32,000 nt of DNA from Bdellovibrionales bacterium. Its GTDB lineage: Bacteria; Bdellovibrionota; Bdellovibrionia; Bdellovibrionales; UBA1609. The position numbers and the translations under genes are program-made. The stretch's first letter is position 1. The number at the start of each line of letters is the position of its first letter. Positions 1-12,471 of the stretch are shown piece after piece. The stretch lies in assembly GCA_963692945.1 (NCBI GenBank), contig OY843585.1, forward strand, positions 1,110,001 to 1,142,000, read 5' to 3'. A model generated the notes under the pieces. The model ran no database searches and was not told the origin of the DNA. It worked only from the letters and a program-made list of their open reading frames with translations.

Positions 1-582
1 TGCTATTTCTCTTAAATCAACCAATGAAGAATCTAATAGTGCTGTTGCTTTTTCTTCTGGAAGATTTTGAATAAAATCTTCTATAAGTGTTATTAAAAAT
101 TCTCTATAATGTGCTTCACAAGTTTTTGTACATTTATCCATACTGTCAGAACAGCTACTTGTTTGTATGGTTTTAAAGGCATCTGTTAAAGATCTAGGAA
201 TTTGAGAAAGATTACTATATTTACAGGCCTCATAAGGATCTCCTGAAACAGAACCTCTCACTTGATAATAGGTTTCTAATAATGGAAGACCAACTTGAGC
301 TAAACTATCTTTTACATTATCTCTAATCCTTTTAGAACATTTTCCCTGATTTATGCAACAATTATTGGTTTCTTCTTTAGCCTCATTACATACAACATTC
401 AAACTACGACTATCTTTTTGATCTATATAGGAGTAAGATTTTAATTTAGCAACAAATGTAGTAACATTATCATTACCAGCAGTAAGATTAGTAGGAAAAG
501 ATTTACATCCATAGTTATCTAAATTAATCCCTGCATTAGATAAAAAAGGAAACAAAAATATTAAAATATAAAATCTAAACAT
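1..582 (-). CDS. Secreted cysteine-rich hypothetical protein (partial; 3' end runs off the left edge)
   Basis: Not in the supplied ORF track. Reading the minus strand from ATG (complement of cat at 580-582), I found no in-frame stop down to base 1 (194 codons). N-terminus MFRFYILIFLFPFLSNAG looks like a signal peptide. An AAGAGAG Shine-Dalgarno-like run lies ~9 nt upstream. The mature part is Cys-rich (NNCCINQGKC, SSCSDSMDKCTKTCE). No family recognised. Confidence 0.55.
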   Translation of the reverse strand, partial: MFRFYILIFLFPFLSNAGINLDNYGCKSFPTNLTAGNDNVTTFVAKLKSYSYIDQKDSRSLNVVCNEAKEETNNCCINQGKCSKRIRDNVKDSLAQVGLPLLETYYQVRGSVSGDPYEACKYSNLSQIPRSLTDAFKTIQTSSCSDSMDKCTKTCEAHYREFLITLIEDFIQNLPEEKATALLDSSLVDLREIA

Positions 583-828
583 AGAATAAACTCTCTTTCT
601 AAACTATTTATCGTAAAAATAGATGAAAATCTTTAAAATAAAAACCAATTCTTTCCTTAAAGTATATCATAAATAAATCACTAAAAATCTCTTTATAAAT
701 AGCTTTCTCTATTCAAGAAGAAAAAAACATCTTTTCTATCTATAATTATTAAAAAAACGCGGTAGGATTGTCTCAATTTGAGACACTTATTTGATAAAAT
801 AAATTTTTGAAATATTAACTTAATAAAA

Positions 829-1028
829 TCTTTTTTCTATTCCTAAGTGCAATAAGATATTTAAAGTAAAAACTTCTATTTTTCTGTTCCTAAGTGCAAT
901 AAGATATTTAAAGTAAAAATTTCTGTTTTTCTGTTCCTAAATGCAGCAAAATATTTAAAGTAAAAATTTCTTTTTTTCTATTCCTAAGTTCAACGAGATA
1001 TTTAAAGTAAAAACTTCTGCTTTTCTTT
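829..1028. repeat. 47-bp tandem repeat, ~4 copies, last copy overlapping the fusA stop
   Basis: The unit tcctaagtgcaataagatatttaaagtaaaaacttctatttttctgt starts at 841, 888, 935 and 982 (exact 47-nt period), with a partial copy before 841. Copy 4 contains the last fusA codons and the stop (1002-1004). Confidence 0.9.
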
Positions 1029-3077
1029 TTCAGGGAGTAAGCCATAAGCCTCCATTTCCATAGAAAAACTAGCTCTACCCTGACTCAAAGATCTTAAATC
1101 CGTTGCATAACCAAACATATTCATTAAAGGCACTTGAGCAAAAATAAGAGTCCTATCTTTTTGTTTTTCCATACCAGCTATTTGCCCTCTACGAGTGTTT
1201 AAATCACTAATGATAGGACCTGTAAACTCTTCAGGACTGGAGATTTCTAATTTAAAAATAGGTTCTAAAAGATCACTCCCAACCTCCATCAACCCTTTAC
1301 GAAAGACTTGATAAGTTACCGATTGAAGAGCTAAAACACTTAACTCGTCTTCTTTATAATCTATTTTTTTTAAACAAACTTCTAAATCTCTTAAAGGATA
1401 TCCCATAAAAGGACCAGAAGACATTCCTTGTTCTAAACCTGTCTCAACTGCTTTTGTAAACTCTGGATTTAAATTTTTTAAAACACCACTATCCTTTTTA
1501 AAAAGATATCCCTTATTTTTTTCTAAAGGCTTTAAACTTAATGTCATTTTTGCATAGTGTTTAGCACCCTGTATTTCTTTAGAAAATTCAAAAGAACCTT
1601 CCCAAGAGGAAGACGGAGTCTCTCTAAAAGAAACTTGTGGTTTTCCAATACGAGCTTCAACTTTATAATCTTTTAAAAGTCTATCCACTAAAATTTCTAA
1701 ATGGAGTTCTCCCATTCCCATAAGTAAAGTTTGACCTGTTTCTAAATCTTTTTGAACCTGACAAGAAGGGTCTTCTCTTTGAATCTTTTGAAGTGCTTCT
1801 TCAATTTTACTTTGATCCACAGAGGTTTTTGCTTCAATAGCTACAGAAATAACAGGTTCAGGAAATTTCACTTTTTCTAAAATAACACTCTTATCTTTTG
1901 CACAAAGAGTGTCCCCAGTTTGAGTCCATTTCAAACCAGCAATAACTCCAATATCTCCTGAATAAATTTCTTTAACTTCTTTTCTAGAATTGGCATGCAC
2001 TTTTAATATTTTTTGAATCCTTTCCGTCTTTTCTTGATGAGTGTTATAAACTTGAGAACCTGCTTTCAAACAACCTGAATAAACACGAACATAAGTTAAA
2101 GTTCCAGAAAAAGAATCAAAAGCAATTTTAAAAGCCAAAGCAACTAAAGATTCTTTATCATCTGTTTTACAAATAATGTCCTTACCTTTAGAGTTTTTTC
2201 CCACAGCATCTGGTATCTCTAAAGGAGAAGGAAGGTAATTTTTAACAGCATCTAATACAAGCTGAATGCCTTTATTTTTAAAAGCCGAACCACACAACAC
2301 AGGAGTTATTTTTAAATCTAAGGTTTGTTTTCTTATAGCTTGTTTTATATCTTCTGAATTTATTTCTACATTTTCTAAATATTTTTCCATCAACTGTTCA
2401 TCGGATTCACAAATTTTTTCTACAAGATGCTCTCTTTGATTTTGGATAATGCTTTTATACTCTAAAGGCACTTCTGTAACAGAAAATTTTTTTCCTAATT
2501 CATCTTGATCCCAAAAATAAGCTTTTTGTTCAATCACATCTATGACACCTTTAAACTGATCTTCCGATCCAATAGGCCACTGTATAGGTAAAGCAGTGAG
2601 GCTGAGTTTTTTTTGAATAGATTCCAAACTCTTTTCAAAGTTAGCACCCACACGATCCATTTTATTTAAAAAACAAATACGAGGAACCTTGTATCTATCC
2701 GCTTGTCTCCATACTGTTTCAGATTGAGGCTCCACTCCATGAACAGAATCAAAAACAGCAATGGCTCCATCTAAAACTCTTAAAGACCTTTCAACCTCTA
2801 TCGTAAAATCAACATGCCCAGGAGTATCAACCAAATTGATAATAATATCTTTCCAAAAACAAGTTGTATTGGCTGAAGTGATTGTGATTCCTCTTTCTTG
2901 TTCTTGTTCCATCCAATCCATAACAGCTGTGCCTTCATGAACCTCCCCCATTTTACGACTTAATCCTGTGTAAAATAATATTCTCTCACTCAATGTGGTT
3001 TTACCCGCATCAATATGTGCCATAATTCCTATATTTCTAATTTTAGATTTATCTTTGAGACTTATACCAGAAGACAT
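1002..3077 (-). CDS. fusA: Translation elongation factor G
   Basis: 691 aa with GTPase motifs AHIDAGKTT (G1), DTPGHVDF (G3) and NKMD (G4). Sits directly after rpsL-rpsG, as in the str operon. Confidence 0.95.
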   Translation of the reverse strand: MSSGISLKDKSKIRNIGIMAHIDAGKTTLSERILFYTGLSRKMGEVHEGTAVMDWMEQEQERGITITSANTTCFWKDIIINLVDTPGHVDFTIEVERSLRVLDGAIAVFDSVHGVEPQSETVWRQADRYKVPRICFLNKMDRVGANFEKSLESIQKKLSLTALPIQWPIGSEDQFKGVIDVIEQKAYFWDQDELGKKFSVTEVPLEYKSIIQNQREHLVEKICESDEQLMEKYLENVEINSEDIKQAIRKQTLDLKITPVLCGSAFKNKGIQLVLDAVKNYLPSPLEIPDAVGKNSKGKDIICKTDDKESLVALAFKIAFDSFSGTLTYVRVYSGCLKAGSQVYNTHQEKTERIQKILKVHANSRKEVKEIYSGDIGVIAGLKWTQTGDTLCAKDKSVILEKVKFPEPVISVAIEAKTSVDQSKIEEALQKIQREDPSCQVQKDLETGQTLLMGMGELHLEILVDRLLKDYKVEARIGKPQVSFRETPSSSWEGSFEFSKEIQGAKHYAKMTLSLKPLEKNKGYLFKKDSGVLKNLNPEFTKAVETGLEQGMSSGPFMGYPLRDLEVCLKKIDYKEDELSVLALQSVTYQVFRKGLMEVGSDLLEPIFKLEISSPEEFTGPIISDLNTRRGQIAGMEKQKDRTLIFAQVPLMNMFGYATDLRSLSQGRASFSMEMEAYGLLPEKEKQKFLL

Positions 3078-3127
3078 AAAGAACCTTTTTTTTATCTTCT
3101 TTATTTTAAAATATTATAAAGAAAAAA

Positions 3128-3607
3128 TTACCAATTGTAATGAGAAAAAGCTCTATTTGATTCAGCCATACGATGAACTTCTTCTTTTTTCTTAACAGAA
3201 TGACCCCTATTGTTGTAAGCATCAACTACTTCATTTGCTAAACATTCATAAATAGGTTTCCCTTTACGAGAACGAGAGTGATCAACCAACCAACGCATGG
3301 CTAAAGCCAATTTACGAGCTGGCCTTACATCCACTGGCACTTGATAAGTGGCTCCCCCTACACGACGAGAACGAACTTCTAAAAAAGGTTTGCAATTTGT
3401 AAGTGCTTTTTTAAATACAGCTAAAGGTTCTTCACTTGATTCCATAGTTTTGATTTTTTCAAAAGCTTTATAAAGAATAGTTCTGGCTTTCTCTTTTTTT
3501 CCATCCAACATCAATTTGTTAATGAAACGAGCAACAACAACATCATTATAAACAGGATCTGGAGATATTTCTCTTGCTAAGTTTTGATTTTTTCTTCTTC
3601 TAGACAT
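3128..3607 (-). CDS. rpsG: 30S ribosomal protein S7
   Basis: 159 aa with S7-like sequence (RSRRVGGATYQVPVDVRP). Lies between rpsL and fusA. Confidence 0.95.
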   Translation of the reverse strand: MSRRRKNQNLAREISPDPVYNDVVVARFINKLMLDGKKEKARTILYKAFEKIKTMESSEEPLAVFKKALTNCKPFLEVRSRRVGGATYQVPVDVRPARKLALAMRWLVDHSRSRKGKPIYECLANEVVDAYNNRGHSVKKKEEVHRMAESNRAFSHYNW

Positions 3608-3619
3608 AATGAATATTCC

Positions 3620-3994
3620 TTATTTTTTTGGTCTCTTAGAGCCATACTTGGAACGACCCCTCTTACGATTAACTACACCCTGCGTATCTAAAGTTCCACG
3701 AATAATATGATAACGAACACCCGGGAGATCTTTAACTTTTCCTCCACGCACTAAAACAACACTATGTTCTTGAAGATTATGTCCGATACCAGGGATATAA
3801 GCATTGGCTTCAAATCCACTAGACAATTTAACACGAGCCACTTTTCTTAAAGCGGAATTAGGTTTTTTTGGAGTTGTTGTAAAAACACGAATACAAACCC
3901 CTCTTCTTTGAGGACAATTCTTCAAAGCAGGAGATTTTGATTTTACACTAGATGAAACTCTATTTTTTCTAATAAGTTGATTAATGGTTGGCAT
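3620..3994 (-). CDS. rpsL: 30S ribosomal protein S12
   Basis: 124 aa starting [10 protein letters not shown], containing [14 protein letters not shown]. First gene of the str cluster. Confidence 0.96.
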   Translation of the reverse strand: MPTINQLIRKNRVSSSVKSKSPALKNCPQRRGVCIRVFTTTPKKPNSALRKVARVKLSSGFEANAYIPGIGHNLQEHSVVLVRGGKVKDLPGVRYHIIRGTLDTQGVVNRKRGRSKYGSKRPKK

Positions 3995-4062
3995 ATATAT
4001 TCCTCTTTTGCATCTGCTAAAAAATAGTTTTCAAAACCCTACAAGTCAATCTCTTTCTCTCA

Positions 4063-7000
4063 TTAAGCTCTTGTATTTTGTGTGTTATCATCCTTTTTAG
4101 AATTGACACTGTCTAAAGAAGTTGATCCTCCAAAAAGTTGCACATTATCCTCTTCCTCTTCATCTTCATAAGCTAAAGGATATTGATGATAACCAGCATA
4201 ACCCGTTCCTGAAGGTATTAAACGACCCATAATAACATTTTCCTTTAATCCAACTAAATAATCGTTTTTAGATTGAACAGAAGCCTCAGTAAGTATTCTA
4301 GTTGTCTCTTGAAAGGAAGCCGCTGAAATCCAACTTTTTGTATTTAAAGATGTTTTTGTAATACCTAAAAGAAGAGGTTTAAAAACAGCCAACCGACCCC
4401 CTTCTCTAATGATCTTATTGTGTACATCCTCTAATTCACCTTTATCAACTTGCTCTCCGACAATATACGGAGTGTCTCCTGATTCTAAAATCTCTACTTT
4501 TCCTAACATCTGACGGACTATCAACTCAATGTGTTTATCGTTAATAGAAACCCCTTGCAGTCGGTAAACCTCTTGAACTTCATCAACAAGATAAGAGGCT
4601 AAAGCCTGATCTCCAGAAACATTTAAAATATCATGTGGATCACTAGGACCATCCATAAGAGATTCTCCCTTTTGAATGTACTCTCCCTCTCTAACAGCAA
4701 TGTATTTTCCTTTAGGAATCAAATACTCTTTTTGCTCTCCCTCTTTAGAAGTTACAATCACTCTTTGCTTACCTTTTAAATCTTTTCCAAAATTGATATA
4801 GCCATCAATTTCAGAAATAATAGAAGATTCTTTTGGTCTTCTCGCTTCAAAAAGTTCAGCCACACGAGGTAGTCCCCCTGTGATATCTTTTGTTTTTGTA
4901 CTTTCTTTATAAACTTTAGCAAGAGTATCCCCAGCATGTATCTCATCACCATCAGAAACCATTAACTGAGCTCCAATAGAAACAGAGTAAGCCACAGGAA
5001 CATCTCTTTCTGGAAAATTAATTGTATTCCCTTTAGAATCCACTATAGCAATCATAGCTTTTTGGTCTCCTGCTTTAGAATCTGTAAGAACTTTTGTTGT
5101 AAATCCTGTCACGGAATCAACTTGCTCAATGTAGTTCACGTCCTCTTCTATACCTTTAAATTTTACAAATCCAGAAGCATCAGAAACAATAGTGTTAGAG
5201 TAAGGATCCCATTCTGCAATGACATCTTCTTTTTTAACAGTATCGCCTTCTTTAACATTTAAAATAGCACCATAAACCAATTTAAAACTTTCTCTTTCCC
5301 GACCCGTGCTATCAAGGATAACAATATCACCACCTCTGTTCATTACTGTTAACTTTCCTTCTCTATTTTGAACAACATTTACATTTACAAATTTTATTTT
5401 TCCAGAGTAGTGAGCAACATGGACGGACTGTTCAACAGAACGAGATGCTGTTCCTCCTAAATGGAAAGTTCTCATCGTCAACTGAGTTCCAGGTTCTCCA
5501 ATAGATTGAGCTGCAATAATTCCAACCGCTTCACCAATATCTACTGTTCGGCCACGAGATAAATCCCGACCATAACATTTAACACAAATACCTTTCTTAG
5601 ACTGACAAGTTAGAGAAGATCTAATTTTTACTTTTGGAATAGCGAGGTTATCTATTTTTTTGACCATTTCTTCATCAATTTCTTCCCCAGCTTCACAAAT
5701 GATTTCATTAGAATTAAGATCTACAACTTCTTCATAAGCTGTTCTACCTAAAACTCTCTCCCCAAGAGCTTCAATCACTCCCCCACTTTCTATAAGAGGT
5801 TGCATCTCCATGTGTTTGTCCGTCCCACAATCTTGTTCAGTAACAATAACATCTTGAGAAACATCTACTAATTTACGAGTTAAATAACCTGAGTTGGCTG
5901 TTTTTAAAGCCGTATCAGCTAAACCTTTACGAGCTCCATGGGTAGAAATAAAATATTGTAAAACGGTTAATCCTTCTCTGAAATTCGCTGTAATAGGAGT
6001 TTCAATAATTTCTCCAGAAGGTTTTGCCATCAAACCACGCATACCAGCTAACTGACGAATTTGAGCTGTTGAGCTTCTTGCTCCTGAATCAGCCATAATA
6101 AAAATAGGATTAAAACTAGCCGCTTCAATTTTTTGATCATCAACAATAAAGGTTTCTTTTTCTAAATACTCCATCATTTCATCAGCCACTTTATCTGCAC
6201 AGTGAGTCCAAATATCAACAACTTTATTGTATCTTTCACCATCTGTAATTAAACCCTCATCATACTGTAAACGAATTTCATCAACTTCAGCACGAGATTC
6301 TTTTAGAAGTTCTTCTTTACGAGAAGGAATTTGTAAATCATTGATACTAATAGAGATACCTGCTTTTGTAGAATATTTAAATCCAGCGTTCATCAATTTA
6401 TCCGCTAAAACAACTGTCTTTTTTCCTCCACATAGACGAAAAGTTTTATCAATTAACTCGGCTAGAGAATTTTTATTCATCACACGATTGTAAAATGAAA
6501 ATGGAACTTCTTCAGGGACAATAGAACTTAAAAGAACTCGGCCAACAGAAGTTTTTTCTCTTTTTCCGAAAACACGACAAGTGATTTCTGCTTGAAGATC
6601 AACAGCACCTGATTCGTAAGCATAAATAACTTCTGGAATACTTCCAAAAGACTTTCCTGTTCCTTGAGCTCCAGGACGGATACGAGTCATCCAATACATT
6701 CCTAAAACAATATCTTGTGTAGGATTGATAACAGGTTGACCACTTGCAGGACTCAATATGTTATTTGTGGACATAATCAATGTTCTTGCTTCCGTTTGAG
6801 CCTCTATAGACAAAGGAACATGAACAGCCATCTGATCTCCATCAAAATCAGCATTGAAAGCTGTGCAAACAAGAGGATGCAACTGAATCGCTTTTCCTTC
6901 ATGTAAAACAGGTTCAAAAGCTTGAATACCTAATCTATGCAATGTAGGTGCTCTATTTAATAAGACAGGATGTTCTTTTACAATTTCAGAAAGAATATCC

Positions 7001-8226
7001 CAAACTTCATCCGTTTGAGATTCCACTAAAGTTTTTGCTTGTTTAACTGTCGTTGCCAAGCCTCTTTGTTCTAATTTATTATAGATAAAAGGCTTAAATA
7101 ATTCTAAAGCCATTGTTTTTGGCAATCCACATTCATGGAGTCTAAGATGAGGACCTACAACAATAACAGAACGACCTGAATAATCCACCCTCTTACCTAA
7201 AAGATTGGAACGAAAACGACCTTGCTTACCTTTAAGAATATCACTTAAAGAACGAAGAGGTCTCTTGTTAGCTCCTGTAAAAACTTTACCGCCTCGCCCA
7301 TTATCTAAAAGAGCATCAACAGCTTCTTGTAGCATTCTTTTTTCATTACGAACAATAATATCAGGAGCATTTAATTCCTGAAGTTTTTTTAAACGATTGT
7401 TTCTGTTAATAACTCTACGATAAAGATCATTTAAATCAGAAGTTGCAAAACGACCCCCATCCAAAGGAACAAGAGGACGTAAATCAGGAGGTATGACAGG
7501 AAGAATATCTAACATCATCCACTCCGGCCGATTGATAGAATTTTGAAAGTCTTCTATGATTTTAAGTCTTTTTCTAAATTTTTTAATTTGAGATTCCGAA
7601 GTTGTTTCCAAAAGAGATTGACGAAGTTGTTTCGCTGTAACTTCTAAATCCACATCTTTAATAAGTTGTTTTATAGCTGTTCCACCCATATCTGTTTTAA
7701 AATAAGGGCCATATTTTTCTTGAGCTTTCTCGTAATCATCTTCTGTGAGAACTTGTCCTTTTTTTAAACCCGTATCTAAAGGGTCTGTAACAATATAACA
7801 TTCACAATAAAGAATTCTTTGAATTTCTTTAACGGACATTCCTAAAAAAGCTCCAAGACAACTAGAAATAGATTTTAAAAACCAAATGTGAGCAACAGGA
7901 GTTGCCAATTCAATATGACCTAATCTCTCTCTTCTTACTTTTGACTTTGTAATTTCTGTTCCACATTTTTCACAAACAACTCCACGATATTTCATTCCTT
8001 TGTATTTTCCGCAAAGACATTCATAATCTTTCGTTGGTCCAAAAATTTTACAACAAAACAAACCTTCTCGTTCTGGTTTAAATGTTCTGTAATTTATTGT
8101 TTCTGGCTTCTTAACCTCTCCATAGCTCCAACGACGAATCATTTTTGGAGAAGCTATAGAAACCTGTATAGATTTAAGAGCTAATGGATCTTTTGGTTTA
8201 TCAAAAAAATTTAATAAGTCTCTCAT
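4063..8226 (-). CDS. rpoC: DNA-directed RNA polymerase subunit beta'
   Basis: 1387 aa with the catalytic NADFDGD motif and an N-terminal Cys cluster (CLCGKYKG...CEKCG). The ATG is 3 nt after the rpoB stop, with GAGGAG inside the rpoB 3' end. Confidence 0.97.
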   Translation of the reverse strand: MRDLLNFFDKPKDPLALKSIQVSIASPKMIRRWSYGEVKKPETINYRTFKPEREGLFCCKIFGPTKDYECLCGKYKGMKYRGVVCEKCGTEITKSKVRRERLGHIELATPVAHIWFLKSISSCLGAFLGMSVKEIQRILYCECYIVTDPLDTGLKKGQVLTEDDYEKAQEKYGPYFKTDMGGTAIKQLIKDVDLEVTAKQLRQSLLETTSESQIKKFRKRLKIIEDFQNSINRPEWMMLDILPVIPPDLRPLVPLDGGRFATSDLNDLYRRVINRNNRLKKLQELNAPDIIVRNEKRMLQEAVDALLDNGRGGKVFTGANKRPLRSLSDILKGKQGRFRSNLLGKRVDYSGRSVIVVGPHLRLHECGLPKTMALELFKPFIYNKLEQRGLATTVKQAKTLVESQTDEVWDILSEIVKEHPVLLNRAPTLHRLGIQAFEPVLHEGKAIQLHPLVCTAFNADFDGDQMAVHVPLSIEAQTEARTLIMSTNNILSPASGQPVINPTQDIVLGMYWMTRIRPGAQGTGKSFGSIPEVIYAYESGAVDLQAEITCRVFGKREKTSVGRVLLSSIVPEEVPFSFYNRVMNKNSLAELIDKTFRLCGGKKTVVLADKLMNAGFKYSTKAGISISINDLQIPSRKEELLKESRAEVDEIRLQYDEGLITDGERYNKVVDIWTHCADKVADEMMEYLEKETFIVDDQKIEAASFNPIFIMADSGARSSTAQIRQLAGMRGLMAKPSGEIIETPITANFREGLTVLQYFISTHGARKGLADTALKTANSGYLTRKLVDVSQDVIVTEQDCGTDKHMEMQPLIESGGVIEALGERVLGRTAYEEVVDLNSNEIICEAGEEIDEEMVKKIDNLAIPKVKIRSSLTCQSKKGICVKCYGRDLSRGRTVDIGEAVGIIAAQSIGEPGTQLTMRTFHLGGTASRSVEQSVHVAHYSGKIKFVNVNVVQNREGKLTVMNRGGDIVILDSTGRERESFKLVYGAILNVKEGDTVKKEDVIAEWDPYSNTIVSDASGFVKFKGIEEDVNYIEQVDSVTGFTTKVLTDSKAGDQKAMIAIVDSKGNTINFPERDVPVAYSVSIGAQLMVSDGDEIHAGDTLAKVYKESTKTKDITGGLPRVAELFEARRPKESSIISEIDGYINFGKDLKGKQRVIVTSKEGEQKEYLIPKGKYIAVREGEYIQKGESLMDGPSDPHDILNVSGDQALASYLVDEVQEVYRLQGVSINDKHIELIVRQMLGKVEILESGDTPYIVGEQVDKGELEDVHNKIIREGGRLAVFKPLLLGITKTSLNTKSWISAASFQETTRILTEASVQSKNDYLVGLKENVIMGRLIPSGTGYAGYHQYPLAYEDEEEEDNVQLFGGSTSLDSVNSKKDDNTQNTRA

Positions 8227-8229
8227 TTT

Positions 8230-11200
8230 TTAAGTCTCCTCACTTTTTTCAACATCAACAGTTTCTGTCAACACATCTGATTCAAACATTTCAACATTAA
8301 GTCCTAAACTTTTCATTTCATTAATAAGTACATTGAAAGATTCAGGAATACCAGGTTCAAGGACATTTTCCCCTCTCACAATACTTTCATACATACGAAC
8401 ACGACCAGCGACATCATCCGATTTTACAGTTAGAAATTCTTGAAGACAATAAGCCGCTCCATAAGCTTCAATAGCCCAAACCTCCATCTCTCCAAGTCTT
8501 TGTCCACCAAATTGTGATTTACCACCAAGAGGTTGTTGCGAAACCAAAGAGTAAGGACCAATAGATCGAGCATGAATTTTTTCCTCAACAAGATGATGAA
8601 GTTTCAACATATACATAACCCCTATAGTCACAGGCATTTCAAAAGGCTCTCCACTTCTTCCATCAAATAAAACCGTTTGTCCTGTTTCTGGTAACTTAGC
8701 ATGTTTTAAAAAGTTTTTAACATCTTCTTCCTTAGCTCCATCAAAAACAGGTGTGGCAACATGAATTCCATCTTCTGCTTTTTTAATTAAAGTCTTAAGA
8801 GATTGTTCATCTGCTGTATCTATAATTTGTTCAATATCTTTATCAAAAAAGTAAGATTCTTTTAAAGATTGTCTCGCTTCACTTTCTTTAAAATCATCAA
8901 GATATTTTTGTAATTGCTGTCCCAAACTGTAAGCCGCCCAACCTAAATGAATCTCTAAAATTTGTCCTATATTCATACGAGAAGGAACACCTAAAGGATT
9001 AAGAACCATATCAACAGGTGTGCCATCGGCCATATAAGGCATATCTTCTTCTGGAAGAATTTTAGAAATAACTCCCTTATTACCATGACGACCAGCAAAT
9101 TTATCACCCACTTGAACTTTTCTTTTAACAGCCACATACACTTTTATCATCTTCACAACACCAGGCAGTAATTCATCTCCTGAAGACAATCGTTCCACCC
9201 TTTCTTGATAAACGGATTCCAATTTATCTAATCTAGAACGAGCTTCATCAACAATTTCTGTAATATGTTTTGAAGTTTTTTCATTAGACAAAGGGATATA
9301 AGCTAGAAGATCAAAAGGTATCATCTTGAGATCTTCATCTTGTATTTTTTGATTTTTATTTAAAAGCTCTTCTGAACCATCATCACTTAAAAGAATATCC
9401 GAAGTTTTTTGTCCAACCAATAATTCTTTGATTTCATCTAAAGTGTTGCTTTTAATAGCATTCTTTTGAATTTCAACATCTTTTTTTAATTTCTCTTCTT
9501 TTTCTGAAATGATTTTTTTAAGACGATCACTTTTTTCAACACCTTCTCTTGTATAAATTTGAGTGTCAATCACTGTCCCTGATACACCAGAAGGAACTCT
9601 TAAAGAAGTGTCTTTCACTTCACCTGCTTTCTCTCCAAAAATAGCAAGAACCAATTTTTTTTCAGGAGACAATTGATTTTCTGCTTTAGGAGTCACTTTA
9701 CCCACAAGAATATCTCCTGTAGAAACTTCAGCCCCTATGCGAACAATTCCTGAACTGTCTAAATTGTTAAGAGATTCTTCTCCTACATTAGGAATATCAT
9801 CCGAAATTTCTTCACGACCTAACTTTGTATCTCTTGCTAAACATTCAAATTCTTCAATATGAATGGAAGTGTAAACATCTTTTTTTATAAGTTTTTCAGA
9901 TATTAAAATAGAATCCTCAAAATTATATCCTGCCCAAGGTGTGAAAGCGACAACAATATTTCGACCTAAAGCCAATTCTCCCATATCCATAGAAAGACCA
10001 TCTGCGATGACATCACCATGTTGAATTTTATCACCTATTTTCACAATGGGTTTCTGATTAAAACAAGTGTTTTGATTTGTCCGTTGATATTTAATTAAAT
10101 CATAAATATCTAAACTGTCTGCCAACTTTCCTTTTTTACTTAAACGACGAATAACAATACGAGAAGCATCCAAACTTTCTACAACACCATCATGCTTACA
10201 AACCACACTGTTTCCAGAATCTCTAGCAACTAATTTTTCAATACCTGTTCCTATAAGAGGAGCTTGTGAAGTAACAAGGGGAACAGCTTGTCTTTGCATA
10301 TTAGATCCCATCAAGGCTCTATTGGCATCATCATGTTCTAAGAAAGGTATTAAAGAAGCTGCAATAGAAACCAATTGTCCTGGAGAAACATCCATCAAAG
10401 TGGCTTGATTTTTTTTGACTGTCTTATACTCTCCACTCACTCGGGCTGTTAAAAAACTGTCCTTTTTTATTTTACCAAATTCAGAACGAGATTGTAATAT
10501 GGAATGAGACTCTTCTTCTAAAGCGGAATAATATCTTATATTATTAGTAACATCTCCATTTTTTAATTCACAATAAGGTGTTTCAATAAATCCATATTGA
10601 TTCACACGCGCAAAAGTAGCTAAAGAAGCAATCAAACCAATGTTAGGTCCTTCTGGAGTTTCAATAGGACAGATTCGCCCATAATGTGTAGGGTGAACAT
10701 CTCGCACTTCAAATCCAGCACGTTCTCTTGTTAAACCACCAGGCCCAAAAGCAGATAATCTTCTTTTATGTGTGATTTCTGCTAAAGGATTGGTTTGATC
10801 CATAAATTGAGACAATTGACTGGAACCAAAAAACTCTTTCACAACAGCACTCACTGATTTAGCGTTGATTAAATCATGAGGCATCATCGTATCTGTATCT
10901 TGAAGACTCATTCTTTCTCGTATAACTCTTTCCATACGAACCAAACCAATACGATATTGATTTTCTAAAAGTTCCCCCACAGAACGAACCCTTCTATTTC
11001 CTAAATGATCAATGTCATCCACTTGACCTCTACCATTTTTTAAATCCACTAAATGTTGAACCACTCTCAAAATATCTCTTTTTGTTAACACGGTCATATC
11101 TTTAGGAATATCTGTAAAATTAAATCTATGATTGATTTTTACACGACCAACTTCCCCTAAATTATAAGTGATAGGTTCAAAAAATAAATTTTTCAAATAA

Positions 11201-12375
11201 TACTCAGCCGCTTCTAAAGTCGGTGGCTCTCCTGGTCTCATTCTTTTATAAATATCTAAAAGAGCTTCCTCTTTTGTATGAATAGAATCCACTAAAAGAG
11301 TGTTAGAAATATAAGGACCAGAAACTAAACTATCAAAAAATATAACTGGAATTTTTTTAACACCTTTACTTGTAAAATTTTTAATAAGATCAGCATTGAT
11401 TTCTTGATTTGATTCTAAAAGGATTTCTCCTGTTGAAGTATCTACAATAGGCTTAGCTGTCACTATGTATTTTAAATCTTCTTCCCGAATTTGTATTTCT
11501 TTTATATTGTTTTGTTTCACTTTTTTAATCACTGACCTTGTAATCCTACGGCCAGAACGAACAACAACATTTCCTTTAGAATCTTTAATATCACTTAACA
11601 ACCTTTGACCTTCCATTTTTTCAATGTCAATGGTTCTGTAAAATTGGTTTTTACTAATGTAAATCGTATCTACATTATAAAAAGATTCTAAAATTTCATC
11701 TTTAGAAAACCCTAAAGCTTTTAAAAATATAGTTGCTGAAAATTTTCTTTTTCTATCAATACGAGCATTCACTATATCTTTTTGATCAAATTCAAAATCT
11801 AACCAAGAACCTCTGTAAGGTATAACTCTTGCAGAGTAAATGTATTTACCACTTGTACTATCTTTTCCGCCATCATGGTCAAAGAAAACACCAGGGGAAC
11901 GATGAAGTTGAGAAACCACAACTCTTTCTGTTCCATTGATAATAAAAGAAGCGTAATCTGTCATAAGAGGAATATCGCTTAAATAAACCTCCTGTTCTTT
12001 TACATCACGAATTGTTTTTTCTCCTCCTTCTTGATCGGTTTCAAAAATAACTAATCGTAAAGTGACTTTAAGAGGTGAGGCATAAGTCATACCTCTTTGC
12101 AAACAATCTTTAACATCATACTTAGGATGAAAAAGTTCATACTTCACAAATTCCAAACTGACCGTATTGTTGTAATCAGAAATAGGAAAAACCGATTTAA
12201 AAATAGCTTGAAGACCCGTATTTTTTCTTTTATCAGGAGGTATATTTTGCTGTAAAAAATTCTCATAAGAGATTTTTTGAAGATTGATTAAATTAGGTAT
12301 CTCTATAGATGTTTTCATGGTTCCAAAACTTTTACGAAGACGTAAGTTTGAACCTGTAATACTATTTTTTTTCAT
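8230..12375 (-). CDS. rpoB: DNA-directed RNA polymerase subunit beta
   Basis: 1381 aa with conserved beta-subunit blocks (GPNIGLI, GEMEVWAIEAYGAAY). Lies between rplL and rpoC. Confidence 0.97.
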   Translation of the reverse strand: MKKNSITGSNLRLRKSFGTMKTSIEIPNLINLQKISYENFLQQNIPPDKRKNTGLQAIFKSVFPISDYNNTVSLEFVKYELFHPKYDVKDCLQRGMTYASPLKVTLRLVIFETDQEGGEKTIRDVKEQEVYLSDIPLMTDYASFIINGTERVVVSQLHRSPGVFFDHDGGKDSTSGKYIYSARVIPYRGSWLDFEFDQKDIVNARIDRKRKFSATIFLKALGFSKDEILESFYNVDTIYISKNQFYRTIDIEKMEGQRLLSDIKDSKGNVVVRSGRRITRSVIKKVKQNNIKEIQIREEDLKYIVTAKPIVDTSTGEILLESNQEINADLIKNFTSKGVKKIPVIFFDSLVSGPYISNTLLVDSIHTKEEALLDIYKRMRPGEPPTLEAAEYYLKNLFFEPITYNLGEVGRVKINHRFNFTDIPKDMTVLTKRDILRVVQHLVDLKNGRGQVDDIDHLGNRRVRSVGELLENQYRIGLVRMERVIRERMSLQDTDTMMPHDLINAKSVSAVVKEFFGSSQLSQFMDQTNPLAEITHKRRLSAFGPGGLTRERAGFEVRDVHPTHYGRICPIETPEGPNIGLIASLATFARVNQYGFIETPYCELKNGDVTNNIRYYSALEEESHSILQSRSEFGKIKKDSFLTARVSGEYKTVKKNQATLMDVSPGQLVSIAASLIPFLEHDDANRALMGSNMQRQAVPLVTSQAPLIGTGIEKLVARDSGNSVVCKHDGVVESLDASRIVIRRLSKKGKLADSLDIYDLIKYQRTNQNTCFNQKPIVKIGDKIQHGDVIADGLSMDMGELALGRNIVVAFTPWAGYNFEDSILISEKLIKKDVYTSIHIEEFECLARDTKLGREEISDDIPNVGEESLNNLDSSGIVRIGAEVSTGDILVGKVTPKAENQLSPEKKLVLAIFGEKAGEVKDTSLRVPSGVSGTVIDTQIYTREGVEKSDRLKKIISEKEEKLKKDVEIQKNAIKSNTLDEIKELLVGQKTSDILLSDDGSEELLNKNQKIQDEDLKMIPFDLLAYIPLSNEKTSKHITEIVDEARSRLDKLESVYQERVERLSSGDELLPGVVKMIKVYVAVKRKVQVGDKFAGRHGNKGVISKILPEEDMPYMADGTPVDMVLNPLGVPSRMNIGQILEIHLGWAAYSLGQQLQKYLDDFKESEARQSLKESYFFDKDIEQIIDTADEQSLKTLIKKAEDGIHVATPVFDGAKEEDVKNFLKHAKLPETGQTVLFDGRSGEPFEMPVTIGVMYMLKLHHLVEEKIHARSIGPYSLVSQQPLGGKSQFGGQRLGEMEVWAIEAYGAAYCLQEFLTVKSDDVAGRVRMYESIVRGENVLEPGIPESFNVLINEMKSLGLNVEMFESDVLTETVDVEKSEET

Positions 12376-12407
12376 GGTTTCTATTCCTATTTTTTATCTC
12401 TATTAAC

Positions 12408-12456
12408 AAATATCATCCCCTCTTCCTTTCTTAGATTAAAAAAGAAGATGATATTT
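12408..12456 (-). promoter_or_regulatory. Possible rplL-rpoB intergenic attenuator hairpin
   Basis: A 10-bp inverted repeat, aaatatcatc (12408-12417) / gatgatattt (12447-12456), sits in the 96-nt rplL-rpoB spacer. No U-run follows. The analogy is with the known rplL-rpoB attenuator region of E. coli. Confidence 0.25.
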
Positions 12457-12471
12457 TTCATTCTTTACTTT

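Noticed and set aside
769-785. A perfect 17-bp palindrome TGTCTCAA-T-TTGAGACA upstream of the secreted Cys-rich gene, as an operator or terminator
   Set aside because: About one 8+8 palindrome is expected by chance in this window. A 1-nt centre makes a poor hairpin, and the T-run lies 11 nt away. It is kept only as a weak possibility.
2995-6906. Plus-strand ORFs 2995-3195, 5062-5262, 6227-6493 and 6715-6906
   Set aside because: They are antisense to fusA, rpsG and rpoC, whose frames are unambiguous, and have no independent support.
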